This document shows positions 25,787 through 33,182 of a DNA stretch of 33,182 bases, piece after piece. The translations under genes and the position numbers were made by a program. The notes beneath the pieces were generated by a model. It did not search any database, was not told the origin of the DNA, and worked only from the letters and a program-made list of their open reading frames with translations. Source of the stretch: a virus (lineage: Duplodnaviria > Caudoviricetes). The stretch lies in IMG/VR virus record IMGVR_UViG_3300025470_000055, positions 1 to 33,182 of that record. One strand, given 5' to 3'. How positions within the stretch are numbered: the stretch's first letter is position 1; the number at the start of each line of letters is the position of its first letter.

Positions 25787-26124
25787 CAAACATCGTTGAC
25801 CGTCTTAGAAAAAGCTACCCATGCCGCCATCAAGATGAAGATGATCCGCACACAAAAACTACAGATACATGCGTTGATTCACAATCTATGTGTTTGTGCG
25901 AATATGAGGACAAAAAAGAAGCCGCCAACGAGATCGAGCGGTTGCAAACTGGCCTTCATCATTACGCTTGTGAGTGTGAAAGTCCTTGCTGTCTTTACGG
26001 CATGTCTCTTGAGAAGTGTGGTGCAACAGCATGGGAAGCCTTACATGACCGTAAGAAATTCAGTGATATGGAGACTGCGAACACGACCAGGAAATTGGGT
26101 GAGGAGACAGTTTCGTCGTTATAG
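25783..26124 (+). CDS. Hypothetical Cys-rich protein, EAAxEIERLR family
   Basis: MTNIVDRLR...EAANEIERLQ. Confidence 0.65.
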   Translation: MTNIVDRLRKSYPCRHQDEDDPHTKTTDTCVDSQSMCLCEYEDKKEAANEIERLQTGLHHYACECESPCCLYGMSLEKCGATAWEALHDRKKFSDMETANTTRKLGEETVSSL

Positions 26125-26156
26125 GAAATTTTAACCAAAGTAAAGGTAATTATGAA

Positions 26157-26495
26157 ATGAGATTTAATTCATGCTCAAAATGCGGCAGCGGGGCAATCAA
26201 TTTGCATCGTTACGACCGCGATAAGCAACCGCCTGATTTACAACGACCTGACTTATGCGATTCTCATTATTGGAAATGGCGTCATGATCAAGCTGCTGAA
26301 GAAATAGAGCGGTTGCGAAGCATGGTCGAAGCGCACCATACGCAATGGCTCAATGCACAGAAGATGATAGAGGCGCGGGATGAGGAGATTAAGAGGCTGC
26401 GGGAGGCGTTGGAAAAGATAATGACACATGAAGCAGATTATGATCCTTCCGACTGCATTGAAATTGCCCATGCCGCACTAAAGGGAAATAAATGA
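26157..26495 (+). CDS. Hypothetical protein with CxxC motif, EAAxEIERLR family
   Basis: CSKCGS.AIN...LCD.HYW...QAAEEIERLR...EEIKRLREAL. Confidence 0.65.
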   Translation: MRFNSCSKCGSGAINLHRYDRDKQPPDLQRPDLCDSHYWKWRHDQAAEEIERLRSMVEAHHTQWLNAQKMIEARDEEIKRLREALEKIMTHEADYDPSDCIEIAHAALKGNK

Positions 26496-26734
26496 TGATT
26501 GATGATAAAAATTGGTTTATGCGCGAGCCAAGAGAAAGTTACGCAATGGAAATGTTGGTTAATTATAAACCAAAGTCCACCGCAGAGTTGGCTGAGTGGA
26601 TACTCATGGCTGCTAGAAATTTAATAGATCAAGATGGATTAGTTATTTATACCCCGTTAAAGCCATTCATGGGTTATCAAATTGCTCGGATGATGCAAAT
26701 GGCAAATTTGAAAATTCCAAAGGAGAGTGAATGA
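26492..26734 (+). CDS. Hypothetical protein
   Basis: ATGA coupling on both sides. Confidence 0.6.
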   Translation: MMIDDKNWFMREPRESYAMEMLVNYKPKSTAELAEWILMAARNLIDQDGLVIYTPLKPFMGYQIARMMQMANLKIPKESE

Positions 26735-26961
26735 TGAACATTGTTGAACGGTTGCGTAATCCGTCTCCACCAAACATTCAATTTGTCATGTATGAGTGGA
26801 TGAAAGAAGCCGCCGACGAGATTGAGCAATTAAGGGAGGCACTAAATTGCGTTATTTTATATTGGGATGAATGGAAAGACGCTTCAGATAATCATCCAAC
26901 AGCTTTATCTTTAGAAGAAGTAGTTCTAATTGCCCGCGATTCATTAAAGGAAGAAAAATGA
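26731..26961 (+). CDS. Hypothetical protein, EAAxEIERLR family
   Basis: AAGGAG RBS; MNIVERLR...EAADEIEQLREAL. Confidence 0.65.
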   Translation: MMNIVERLRNPSPPNIQFVMYEWMKEAADEIEQLREALNCVILYWDEWKDASDNHPTALSLEEVVLIARDSLKEEK

Positions 26962-27413
26962 TAGCATCAGCACAAACAATCAGGAACCTCGCGCCGATCT
27001 TCCCACTGAAAGAAAGGACAATTTTTAATGGCATGTCCTACGGCCTGTCAGCCGCAGGGTATGATATTCGTATAGCGCAGACCGTTATTATTCCACCGCA
27101 TGGATTTGTCCTGGCATCTGCAATCGAGTTTTTTAATATGACTGACGAATTGCTTGGGATTGTGCACGACAAATCAACATGGGCACGGCGGGGACTATCG
27201 GTGTTCAATACGGTCATCGAACCAGGCTGGAAAGGATATCTGACACTTGAATTGAAAAACCAAGGCGATGCAAGATTAAAAATTATAGCAGGATCACCAA
27301 TCGCGCAGGTAGTGTTTCACATCCTAGATAAGCCAACAGAATTGCCATACAGCGGTAAGTACCAGAATCAGTCCGCTGGCCCGCAGCCAGCCATAATGGA
27401 GAATGAGAAATGA
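26958..27413 (+). CDS. dcd: dCTP deaminase (trimeric dUTPase superfamily)
   Basis: SYGLSAAGYDIR, DKSTWARRGL, TVIEPGWKGYLTLE, IAQVVF, YSGKYQNQ. Confidence 0.88.
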   Translation: MIASAQTIRNLAPIFPLKERTIFNGMSYGLSAAGYDIRIAQTVIIPPHGFVLASAIEFFNMTDELLGIVHDKSTWARRGLSVFNTVIEPGWKGYLTLELKNQGDARLKIIAGSPIAQVVFHILDKPTELPYSGKYQNQSAGPQPAIMENEK

Positions 27414-27532
27414 CTACAATGATCGAACGTGTAGCGCGTGAGGCGGGGATTACGCCTGAGCAGGCTCGTGCAGTCATACGTTCGATTATTCCAACTGCCG
27501 TAATGATTGACGCTGCACTGGAGGGAGAATAA
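27410..27532 (+). CDS. Small hypothetical protein (40 aa)
   Basis: MTTMIERVAREAGITPEQARAVIRSIIPTAVMIDAALEGE; ATGA coupling, GGAG RBS. Confidence 0.5.
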   Translation: MTTMIERVAREAGITPEQARAVIRSIIPTAVMIDAALEGE

Positions 27533-27534
27533 AA

Positions 27535-27681
27535 ATGATGTTATTTCTTAAAATTGTATCTACATTGTGTATTTTATTGCCGTTGATATTTATAATTTGG
27601 TCATCGATAAAAGATCATTTTATTGATGCGTTATTTCTTATAATTACCCCACTTATCTTATATTGGATGTGGGTTCTTTGA
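27535..27681 (+). CDS. Small two-helix membrane protein (48 aa)
   Basis: GGAG RBS; MMLFLKIVSTLCILLPLIFIIWSSIKDHFIDALFLIITPLILYWMWVL; ends at the terminator. Confidence 0.55.
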   Translation: MMLFLKIVSTLCILLPLIFIIWSSIKDHFIDALFLIITPLILYWMWVL

Positions 27682-27686
27682 TAAAT

Positions 27687-27713
27687 AAACCCCCTTTCAC
27701 GGGGGTTTTTTTT
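27687..27713 (+). terminator. Intrinsic terminator
   Basis: AAACCCCC-tttcac-GGGGGTTT followed by further Ts. Confidence 0.85.
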
Positions 27714-27767
27714 ATGTCATAACAATGTTGTAACGTTGAGGGGCGTCAACCAACCAATGGTGATACT

Positions 27768-28703
27768 ATGGCAACGCCCCAAATGTCCGTTGAGCTTATG
27801 ATTGAGACTCTAAAGATTTACGAATCTTCTGGCCGTAATTCATACGAATCCGCCAAGTCCATTAATATCCCATACACCACGTTTCAGAGTCGCCTGTATA
27901 AAGCCAAGGAGAGGTTCCCTGACGGCATTCCAGAGGTAAATGCTCCGATAGTAGGCAAATGGACATATATCCGCCTGGTGAGCATTGTAGAGCCTTCTAC
28001 GCGGTGGATAGTAGGAAGCGACCTGCATGTTTGGTCTGGCGAGCCAACAATCATTTATAAGGCATTCTGCAAAGTTGCCCGTGACCTAAAAGTCGACGGC
28101 ATTGTCATGAACGGTGACATCATCGACGGGGCGCGTGTTAGTCGCCACCCGCAAGTAAGGGGCAGCAGCGCCCCAAAAATTCATCAAGAGATCGAGACCG
28201 CTAAAGAATGGTTTAAACTCCTGCCGATTGCTAAACACCAATTATGGTCTGTGGGAAACCATGACATTCGCATTGATTCGTACATCGTCAATAATGCCAA
28301 TGAGCTTGAGGGCATGGTTCCAACTTTACAAGACCACTTTAAAGATTGGAAATTCTCATATGCCTTCGATGTAAATGGGACGGAGATTCGCCACAGGTTC
28401 AGGGGCGGCATACACGCTGGCTGGAACAACGCCCTGCACTCTGGCGTTAATATGGTCACTGGACACACGCACCAGCTTCAGGTGACCGCCATGAGAGACC
28501 GCAAAGGTACACGGTGGGGTATTGAGACTGGCACACTCGCTGATCCATTCGGTCCGCAATTCGAGTATTCAGAAGGCACCCCCAGCCGGTCACAGATGGG
28601 GTTTGTTGTGCTGACATTTGATGATCAGGGGACTATGCTGCCCCCTGAAATTTGTGAGATGATCGGTGGCCGCCCCGTGTTCAGAGGCGCATATGTTTTT
28701 TAA
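27768..28703 (+). CDS. Calcineurin-like metallophosphoesterase with N-terminal HTH
   Basis: SDLH, NGDIID, GNHD and GHTH motifs; N-terminal SAKSINIPYTTFQSRL HTH. Confidence 0.88.
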   Translation: MATPQMSVELMIETLKIYESSGRNSYESAKSINIPYTTFQSRLYKAKERFPDGIPEVNAPIVGKWTYIRLVSIVEPSTRWIVGSDLHVWSGEPTIIYKAFCKVARDLKVDGIVMNGDIIDGARVSRHPQVRGSSAPKIHQEIETAKEWFKLLPIAKHQLWSVGNHDIRIDSYIVNNANELEGMVPTLQDHFKDWKFSYAFDVNGTEIRHRFRGGIHAGWNNALHSGVNMVTGHTHQLQVTAMRDRKGTRWGIETGTLADPFGPQFEYSEGTPSRSQMGFVVLTFDDQGTMLPPEICEMIGGRPVFRGAYVF

Positions 28704-28987
28704 TCCTCGATCAGTTCATCGTCCCTAATACGAAGCACTGGCTTCTTCATTGCCTCCATCATTTCATTTAAATCTTCCGCCAGATCGTCAGGTGTAACGC
28801 CAATCGGATAAGACTCGTCTTTTCCATATGACTCGATGTTGCCATTTTCGTCGTAAGATACCTCCCTTATGCTGTAACAGCCATCTTCCTCAACTATCCT
28901 ATAATCGAACTCTGTTTTCATAGATGCCTCCGCTATTAAAGTTAGAATCTCAGCCATTTCAATCAAAATTTTGTTTAATAAATTCAT
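28700..28987 (-). CDS. Acidic hypothetical phage protein (in-frame starts at 28987 and 28921, both with GGAGG)
   Basis: FDYRIV...YSIREVSYDENG...DL..M.EAM.KPVL; upstream TTGCCA-N16-TATGAT. Confidence 0.65.
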   Translation of the reverse strand: MNLLNKILIEMAEILTLIAEASMKTEFDYRIVEEDGCYSIREVSYDENGNIESYGKDESYPIGVTPDDLAEDLNEMMEAMKKPVLRIRDDELIED

Positions 28988-29039
28988 GCGATTAATCCTC
29001 CGTTGGCAGATTATCATACCATATTTGCACGAACTGGCA

Positions 29040-29340
29040 ACGATTCCATGACAGGTTTTTACTTAGTATGGATATTTTTATGGATATTTTCTAAGTCATT
29101 GAAATCATTATTTGATATAAGATAGTTTACTTATTCCCTAAAAGAGAGAGATACACAAAAAAGAACCATACAAAATAGACATATAAGATAATAGAATAAC
29201 CTAAAGACTGTTTTAGAGAGAGAGAGAGAGAGAGTAGTATTTATAACTATATATATATTTAATATATATAATATTATAATATAATATTATCAACGACTTA
29301 CAGGGAGTTTTTACATATTTGGTTTAACATATTCAAAAAT
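29040..29340. other. AT-rich non-coding region, candidate replication origin or packaging-control region
   Basis: Tandem TATGGATATTTT x2 (29067-29090), (AG)10 at 29215-29234, an almost pure A/T tract at 29239-29290, and inverted IHF-like sites at 29092 and 29288. Confidence 0.5.
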
Positions 29341-29363
29341 AAGTAATCCGGATGCGATTCGGA

Positions 29364-29437
29364 CTTGACGCTTTTTGTGGATCGTGTATAACAGTCACAT
29401 CAACACGGCGCTGACGCCACATAAATGGAGAATGACA
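29364..29437 (+). promoter_or_regulatory. Promoter, 5' hairpin and RBS cassette
   Basis: CTTGACGCT-N11-GTG-TATAAC, hairpin GGCG-ctga-CGCC (29407-29418), AATGGAGAAT RBS. Confidence 0.6.
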
Positions 29438-29668
29438 ATGATAAATGCAGCAAACATCACAGACACAGAATTGCTGGCAGCTTATGCAGCAGGTATTGAT
29501 GCGGCTGAAAAAAATGCGAAACGCATTCCGATCCATAACAAGGTTATCATGCACATGATTCGCACATCCAATGCGCCCCTCGGCTCTGGTTATGCAGTGC
29601 GTATTTGTGACGCATTCCAATCTGGATACCAAACGGTGTGCGACAAACAAGCGAGGGCTGTGGCGTAA
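29438..29668 (+). CDS. Small hypothetical protein in its own transcription unit
   Basis: RBS-supported ATG 29438 (MINAANITD); bounded by a promoter and a downstream hairpin. Confidence 0.65.
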   Translation: MINAANITDTELLAAYAAGIDAAEKNAKRIPIHNKVIMHMIRTSNAPLGSGYAVRICDAFQSGYQTVCDKQARAVA

Positions 29669-29681
29669 TTGAAACTTATAG

Positions 29682-29711
29682 GGCGGTTGCTTTTAATTAA
29701 AAACAACCGCC
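29682..29711. terminator. Long inverted repeat after the 29438 gene (terminator-like)
   Basis: GGCGGTTG-cttttaattaaaaa-CAACCGCC; the U-tract is weak. Confidence 0.45.
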
Positions 29712-29776
29712 ATGCGATTTTTGTGGCGTGTTGTCGCTAATTGCGGTATGATCCACGCAACATGGAGAGGTTTGAA

Positions 29777-31039
29777 ATGAAAATTGGTTCTATAAAGTGG
29801 CCGGCAGATCACGTTGAGCGAAAGTCAGTGGCGTCACTTGTGCCTTATGCAAGAAACGCAAGAACTCATAGTGAAAAGCAGGTTGCCCAGATTGCCGCCA
29901 GCATTAAGGAATGGGGATGGACTAATCCTGTGCTTGTAGATGGAGAAGGTTCAATCATTGCGGGGCACGGGCGCGTTATGGCGGCTCAAAAGCTGGGACT
30001 GCAAGATATACCCGTCATGGTCGCTGAAGGCTGGTCAGAGGCGCAGCGGAAGGCCTACGTTCTAGCAGATAATCAGCTTGCAATGAATGCGGGCTGGGAT
30101 ATTGAAATGTTAAAGATTGAAATTGGCGAATTAAATTCGGATGGGTTCAATCTTGATCTGATTGGATTTGACGACAAGGTTCTTGCTGATTTGCTTAATG
30201 ATCCAACAGAAGGATTGACTGATCCTGATGACGCTCCTGAACCGCCTGCCGATCCTGTAACTGTTTTGGGCGATGTCTGGATTCTCGGCAATCATCGTCT
30301 GATCTGCGGCGATAGCACCGACGCCCTTACGGTCGAAAAACTGCTCGGCCCTGTCAGACCGCATCTGATGGTGACGGATCCGCCTTATGGGGTGGAATAC
30401 GACGCTAATTGGCGAAATGAAGCAGAACGTAGTAATGGTAAGAAAATATGCGGAAGGGCTATTGGCAAAGTGCTCAACGACGACAAGGCGGATTGGCGTG
30501 AAGCCTGGGCTTTGTTTCCGGGCGAGGTTGCCTATGTCTGGCATGCGGGCAATATGGCCCACAAGGTAGCTGAAAGCATTGAGGCAAGCGGATTCGGCAT
30601 CCGTGCGCAAATCATCTGGGCGAAAAGCCAGTTCGTGATCGGGCGCGGGCATTATCATCCGCACCACGAACCGTGTTGGTACGCGGTGCGCGAAAAGGCA
30701 GGCGCGACTGGTCATTGGCAAGGAGACCGCAAACAATCAACGCTCTGGCAGATTGACAAGCCGAAGAAATCCGAGACTGGACATAGCACTCAAAAGCCGG
30801 TCGAATGCATGAAGCGACCGATCGAAAACAACTCTTCGCCCGGGCAAGCGATCTACGAGCCGTTCTCGGGTTCGGGAACGACAATTATTGCGGGCGAAAT
30901 GACCGGACGGCATGTTTACGCAATCGAACTCAGCCCGGCCTATGTCGATGTGGCGGTCAAACGCTGGCAAAATTTTACAGGACAAAAGGCTATTAACGAA
31001 CAGACAGGAAATACATTCAATGCCTCGCAAGCCGCATGA
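29777..31039 (+). CDS. ParB-like N-domain fused to DNA adenine methyltransferase (DPPY)
   Basis: GGAGAGG RBS. LVPYARNARTHS..Q..QIAASIKEWGWTNPVL..IIAGHGR...ADNQLA (ParB); GDVWILGNHRLICGDS, TDPPYG, HSTQKP, YEPFSGSGTT (methyltransferase). Confidence 0.92.
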   Translation: MKIGSIKWPADHVERKSVASLVPYARNARTHSEKQVAQIAASIKEWGWTNPVLVDGEGSIIAGHGRVMAAQKLGLQDIPVMVAEGWSEAQRKAYVLADNQLAMNAGWDIEMLKIEIGELNSDGFNLDLIGFDDKVLADLLNDPTEGLTDPDDAPEPPADPVTVLGDVWILGNHRLICGDSTDALTVEKLLGPVRPHLMVTDPPYGVEYDANWRNEAERSNGKKICGRAIGKVLNDDKADWREAWALFPGEVAYVWHAGNMAHKVAESIEASGFGIRAQIIWAKSQFVIGRGHYHPHHEPCWYAVREKAGATGHWQGDRKQSTLWQIDKPKKSETGHSTQKPVECMKRPIENNSSPGQAIYEPFSGSGTTIIAGEMTGRHVYAIELSPAYVDVAVKRWQNFTGQKAINEQTGNTFNASQAA

Positions 31040-31433
31040 ACCAACTGAAAAAGATCGCAAGCAAGTTTCAGCAATGGCGGGCTTTGGGTTAAAGCACGAC
31101 CAAATTGCAAAAATAATTGGAATCTCAGATGAAACTTTAAGAAAATATTATAGTCACGAACTTGACGTGGCAGAATCAATGATGAATGCTCAGATTGCTC
31201 AAAATCTTTATTCTATTGCAAACAGCAAAGCCCCTGGCGCTATAACAGCCGCTATTTTTTGGCTTAAAACAAGAGCCAACTGGAGAGAAACGGCTAGAAC
31301 GGAAGTCACTGGCAAAGACGGTGGCGCAATCGAGATTGAAAGCAAGGTTATCAATGCAAGCGCCCTCAGCGCAGAGCAGCGCGAATCTGTGCGGCAGGCT
31401 TTGATGGCAGCTTTGGAGGTGAGTGATGAGTGA
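31020..31433 (+). CDS. terS: Terminase small subunit
   Basis: MPRKPHEPT..R..V..MAGFG...QIA..IGIS..TLRKYY..EL...AAIFWLKTRANWRE...EVTGKDGGAI; follows the ParB-methyltransferase and precedes TerL. Confidence 0.8.
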   Translation: MPRKPHEPTEKDRKQVSAMAGFGLKHDQIAKIIGISDETLRKYYSHELDVAESMMNAQIAQNLYSIANSKAPGAITAAIFWLKTRANWRETARTEVTGKDGGAIEIESKVINASALSAEQRESVRQALMAALEVSDE

Positions 31434-31704
31434 TCAACAAATGACAGATGAAGAATTTGAGCAAATTGAACGCGATTATCAAGAAATGATTAGAAAGGAA
31501 ATGACAAACATTGAAATAGCGGAAATGCAGCTCGATTTAGCAAAAAAGTTTAAATCAACGGTAGATGTTTACCAAGTTACTTACATTGCCGAAAACGGAA
31601 TAAGGACTTTTGATTTTACCGAAGAGTTGGAGCCAGCCTTAAAACGAATGGAAAAAGAAAAAGGCAGAGTCATTCTTTTTATGAAATGGAAGAAAGAATA
31701 TTGA
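31426..31704 (+). CDS. Hypothetical protein
   Basis: GGAGGTG RBS; overlaps the TerS stop. Confidence 0.6.
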   Translation: MSDQQMTDEEFEQIERDYQEMIRKEMTNIEIAEMQLDLAKKFKSTVDVYQVTYIAENGIRTFDFTEELEPALKRMEKEKGRVILFMKWKKEY

Positions 31705-31705
31705 A

Positions 31706-32101
31706 ATGACTGAATGGTATCCAACCGAAAATGACGAAAAAATAAATGATTTAATGACGCAACTGCGCGAAGCTAAGGCGGAACTTGATCGGTTGATGAA
31801 ATGGCAACCTATAATTATGCAGATTGAAGCAATTTCAAATGATAAAGAGCCAATTTGGCAACCAATAGAAACAGCACCTAAAAGTAAATCTATTTGGTTT
31901 GAAACTCCATCAATTTTGGGGAAGTTACCTAATGGAGACGTTACAAGAATAAAATATCATGAAATAAGCAAGGAACCTGGATGGTTTGGTGATTTTTCAA
32001 ACGGTAAAATTAAAAATGGTTGCTGGTTAAAATTAAATGAATCTCATCAGCCAACTCATTGGATGCCACTTCCTACGCCACCGAGAAGGAGAAAAAAATG
32101 A
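31706..32101 (+). CDS. DUF551-like protein
   Basis: WQPIETAPK...PTHWMPLPTPP. Confidence 0.75.
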   Translation: MTEWYPTENDEKINDLMTQLREAKAELDRLMKWQPIIMQIEAISNDKEPIWQPIETAPKSKSIWFETPSILGKLPNGDVTRIKYHEISKEPGWFGDFSNGKIKNGCWLKLNESHQPTHWMPLPTPPRRRKK

Positions 32102-32142
32102 TGATTTTGATAAATTAACAGAAAAATTAGGATGGGACTAAA

Positions 32143-32529
32143 ATGATTGATTGGTATCCAACAAAGGATGACGAGATAATGAAAAATATATATCAAGATT
32201 GCATTGATGCAGTTGATAAAATAATAAACTGCCCTTTAACAAAAGCAGGTGAAAATCAAAAAATTGAATATTCTAGTATGACTGCTTATGATTTTATGAT
32301 TGCCACAGCAAAAGATATTAAAAAAGAAATTGAAAAAATTGCAAAAATTGACAATCAAGATAAAGAAACAGAACTTGAGCGAATTATAAAATTGTATGAT
32401 AAAAAATGTGATGAAAATAAAGAATTGAAAATGCAAATCATTGAAATGAGTAAACACCTTAATCAAGTTCGTTTTGGCGCAACTCAAATGAATTACATTA
32501 TTCGAAAAGCGCTTGGAGAGATAGAATGA
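32143..32529 (+). CDS. Hypothetical coiled-coil protein
   Basis: N-terminus MIDWYPTKDDE is shared with the 31706 gene. Confidence 0.65.
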   Translation: MIDWYPTKDDEIMKNIYQDCIDAVDKIINCPLTKAGENQKIEYSSMTAYDFMIATAKDIKKEIEKIAKIDNQDKETELERIIKLYDKKCDENKELKMQIIEMSKHLNQVRFGATQMNYIIRKALGEIE

Positions 32530-32648
32530 TTGATTACGGATGGTTTGTTTTTGGAATGTTATTTATGAGCCTTTCTGGGTTATTTTTTGGATTAGTTGTA
32601 GGGTTCCTTCTTGGTGTTGAACGAAAATTAACAAAACAGGATAAATAA
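32526..32648 (+). CDS. Small membrane protein (40 aa), not in the ORF track
   Basis: GGAG RBS, ATGA coupling; MIDYGWFVFGMLFMSLSGLFFGLVVGFLLGVERKLTKQDK. Confidence 0.55.
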   Translation: MIDYGWFVFGMLFMSLSGLFFGLVVGFLLGVERKLTKQDK

Positions 32649-32649
32649 A

Positions 32650-32997
32650 ATGACTGACTGGAGAGAACAGGTCAAAGCCAATGTTGAAAAGGCTGAATCC
32701 GAAGAGTTAGAACGAAACATTGATACAATAGCAAACGGGGATTATCGCAGCCTTGCCATTAAACTTCATAAATTGTGGCAAAATGCAATGGGCACAAAGT
32801 GGCAAACTATTGAAACAGCGCCGAAAGATTCATGTCAATGGATATTGGCTACAGAAGAAGCATGTTCAAGAGTTGACCAAGTCAGATGGGTTCCTGAAGG
32901 TTTGGAAGAAGGATATAATTGGGTTACTTTGGATGGTTGGTTTCATCCGAACAAAGTTTTTAAATACTGGATGCCTTTACCGGAGCCGCCGAAATGA
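32650..32997 (+). CDS. DUF551-like protein
   Basis: WQTIETAPKD...YWMPLPEPPK. Confidence 0.75.
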   Translation: MTDWREQVKANVEKAESEELERNIDTIANGDYRSLAIKLHKLWQNAMGTKWQTIETAPKDSCQWILATEEACSRVDQVRWVPEGLEEGYNWVTLDGWFHPNKVFKYWMPLPEPPK

Positions 32998-33031
32998 TTT
33001 ACGTTATTCTAGCGGTAGATGATTCTCTCGC

Positions 33032-33182
33032 ATGAGTGAAACCCTGCTGCTGAACAAAGAACTGGTAGACATTCGCAAATCGTTGTTTGCGCTGGACAAG
33101 GCCGACTGCGAAGAAAGCCTGTCCGAATTTATCAAGCAATCATGGCACGCCATTGAGCCGCACGAATATATCCACAACTGGC
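33032..33182 (+). CDS. terL: Terminase large subunit, N-terminus (3'-truncated by the window edge)
   Basis: MSETLLLNKELVDIRKSLFALDKADCEESLSEFIKQSWHAIEPHEYIHNW matches the typical TerL N-terminal pattern (SL.EFI..W..IEP...NWH); downstream of TerS. Confidence 0.7.
   Translation, partial: MSETLLLNKELVDIRKSLFALDKADCEESLSEFIKQSWHAIEPHEYIHNW

Noticed and set aside
27535-27681. Holin call for the two-helix membrane ORF
   Set aside because: There is no adjacent endolysin and it ends an early/middle operon. Hydrophobicity alone is insufficient evidence.
29215-29290. Eukaryotic microsatellite contamination or chimeric join
   Set aside because: Both flanks are coherent phage sequence with promoters and genes, so an origin-like region is the simpler reading. 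Read support was not checkable.
30131-31060. Minus-strand ORFs of 201, 90 and 107 aa
   Set aside because: They are shadows of the clearly recognisable ParB-methyltransferase gene.
1-33182. Stop-codon reassignment, diversity-generating retroelement, retron or integrase/att site
   Set aside because: Genes are intact and tightly coupled under the standard code. No reverse transcriptase, TR/VR pair or recombinase was recognised.

Overview
The whole window is a segment of a tailed dsDNA phage genome. No host housekeeping genes, integrase, DNA polymerase, CRISPR array or complete tRNA/rRNA are visible. The layout is as follows. (1) 1-11357 (+): end of the virion operon, podovirus-like, with a tail/DNA-stabilisation protein, a modular 631-aa protein carrying ADP-ribosyltransferase-like domains, an antisense HNH-AP2 endonuclease, a GNAT-like protein and two large putative ejection proteins, one with an internal S74 autoprocessing domain. 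(2) 11372-20400 (-): recombination/replication arm with a Sak4-like AAA ATPase, SSB-like protein, YqaJ exonuclease, N4-C methyltransferase, SF2 helicase, VRR-NUC nuclease, RlpA-like protein and small ORFs. (3) 20492-28703 (+): Cro-like HTH, Prim-Pol primase-helicase, nucleotide metabolism genes and many small paralogous ORFs. (4) An AT-rich candidate origin at about 29040-29340. (5) ParB-methyltransferase, TerS, an accessory cluster and the start of TerL. The most interesting signal is a recurring short di-glycine motif, roughly [KRFYL]-A-x-G-G. It delimits discrete modules in three virion-operon proteins, and in the 631-aa protein it coincides with base-composition shifts. This suggests a polyprotein or cargo-cassette system for delivering effectors. 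Also notable are a multi-hairpin RNA with two T-loop-like arms (18860-19050, minus strand) and repeated promoter-hairpin-RBS expression cassettes. All family assignments come from motif recognition by eye; no database search was run.
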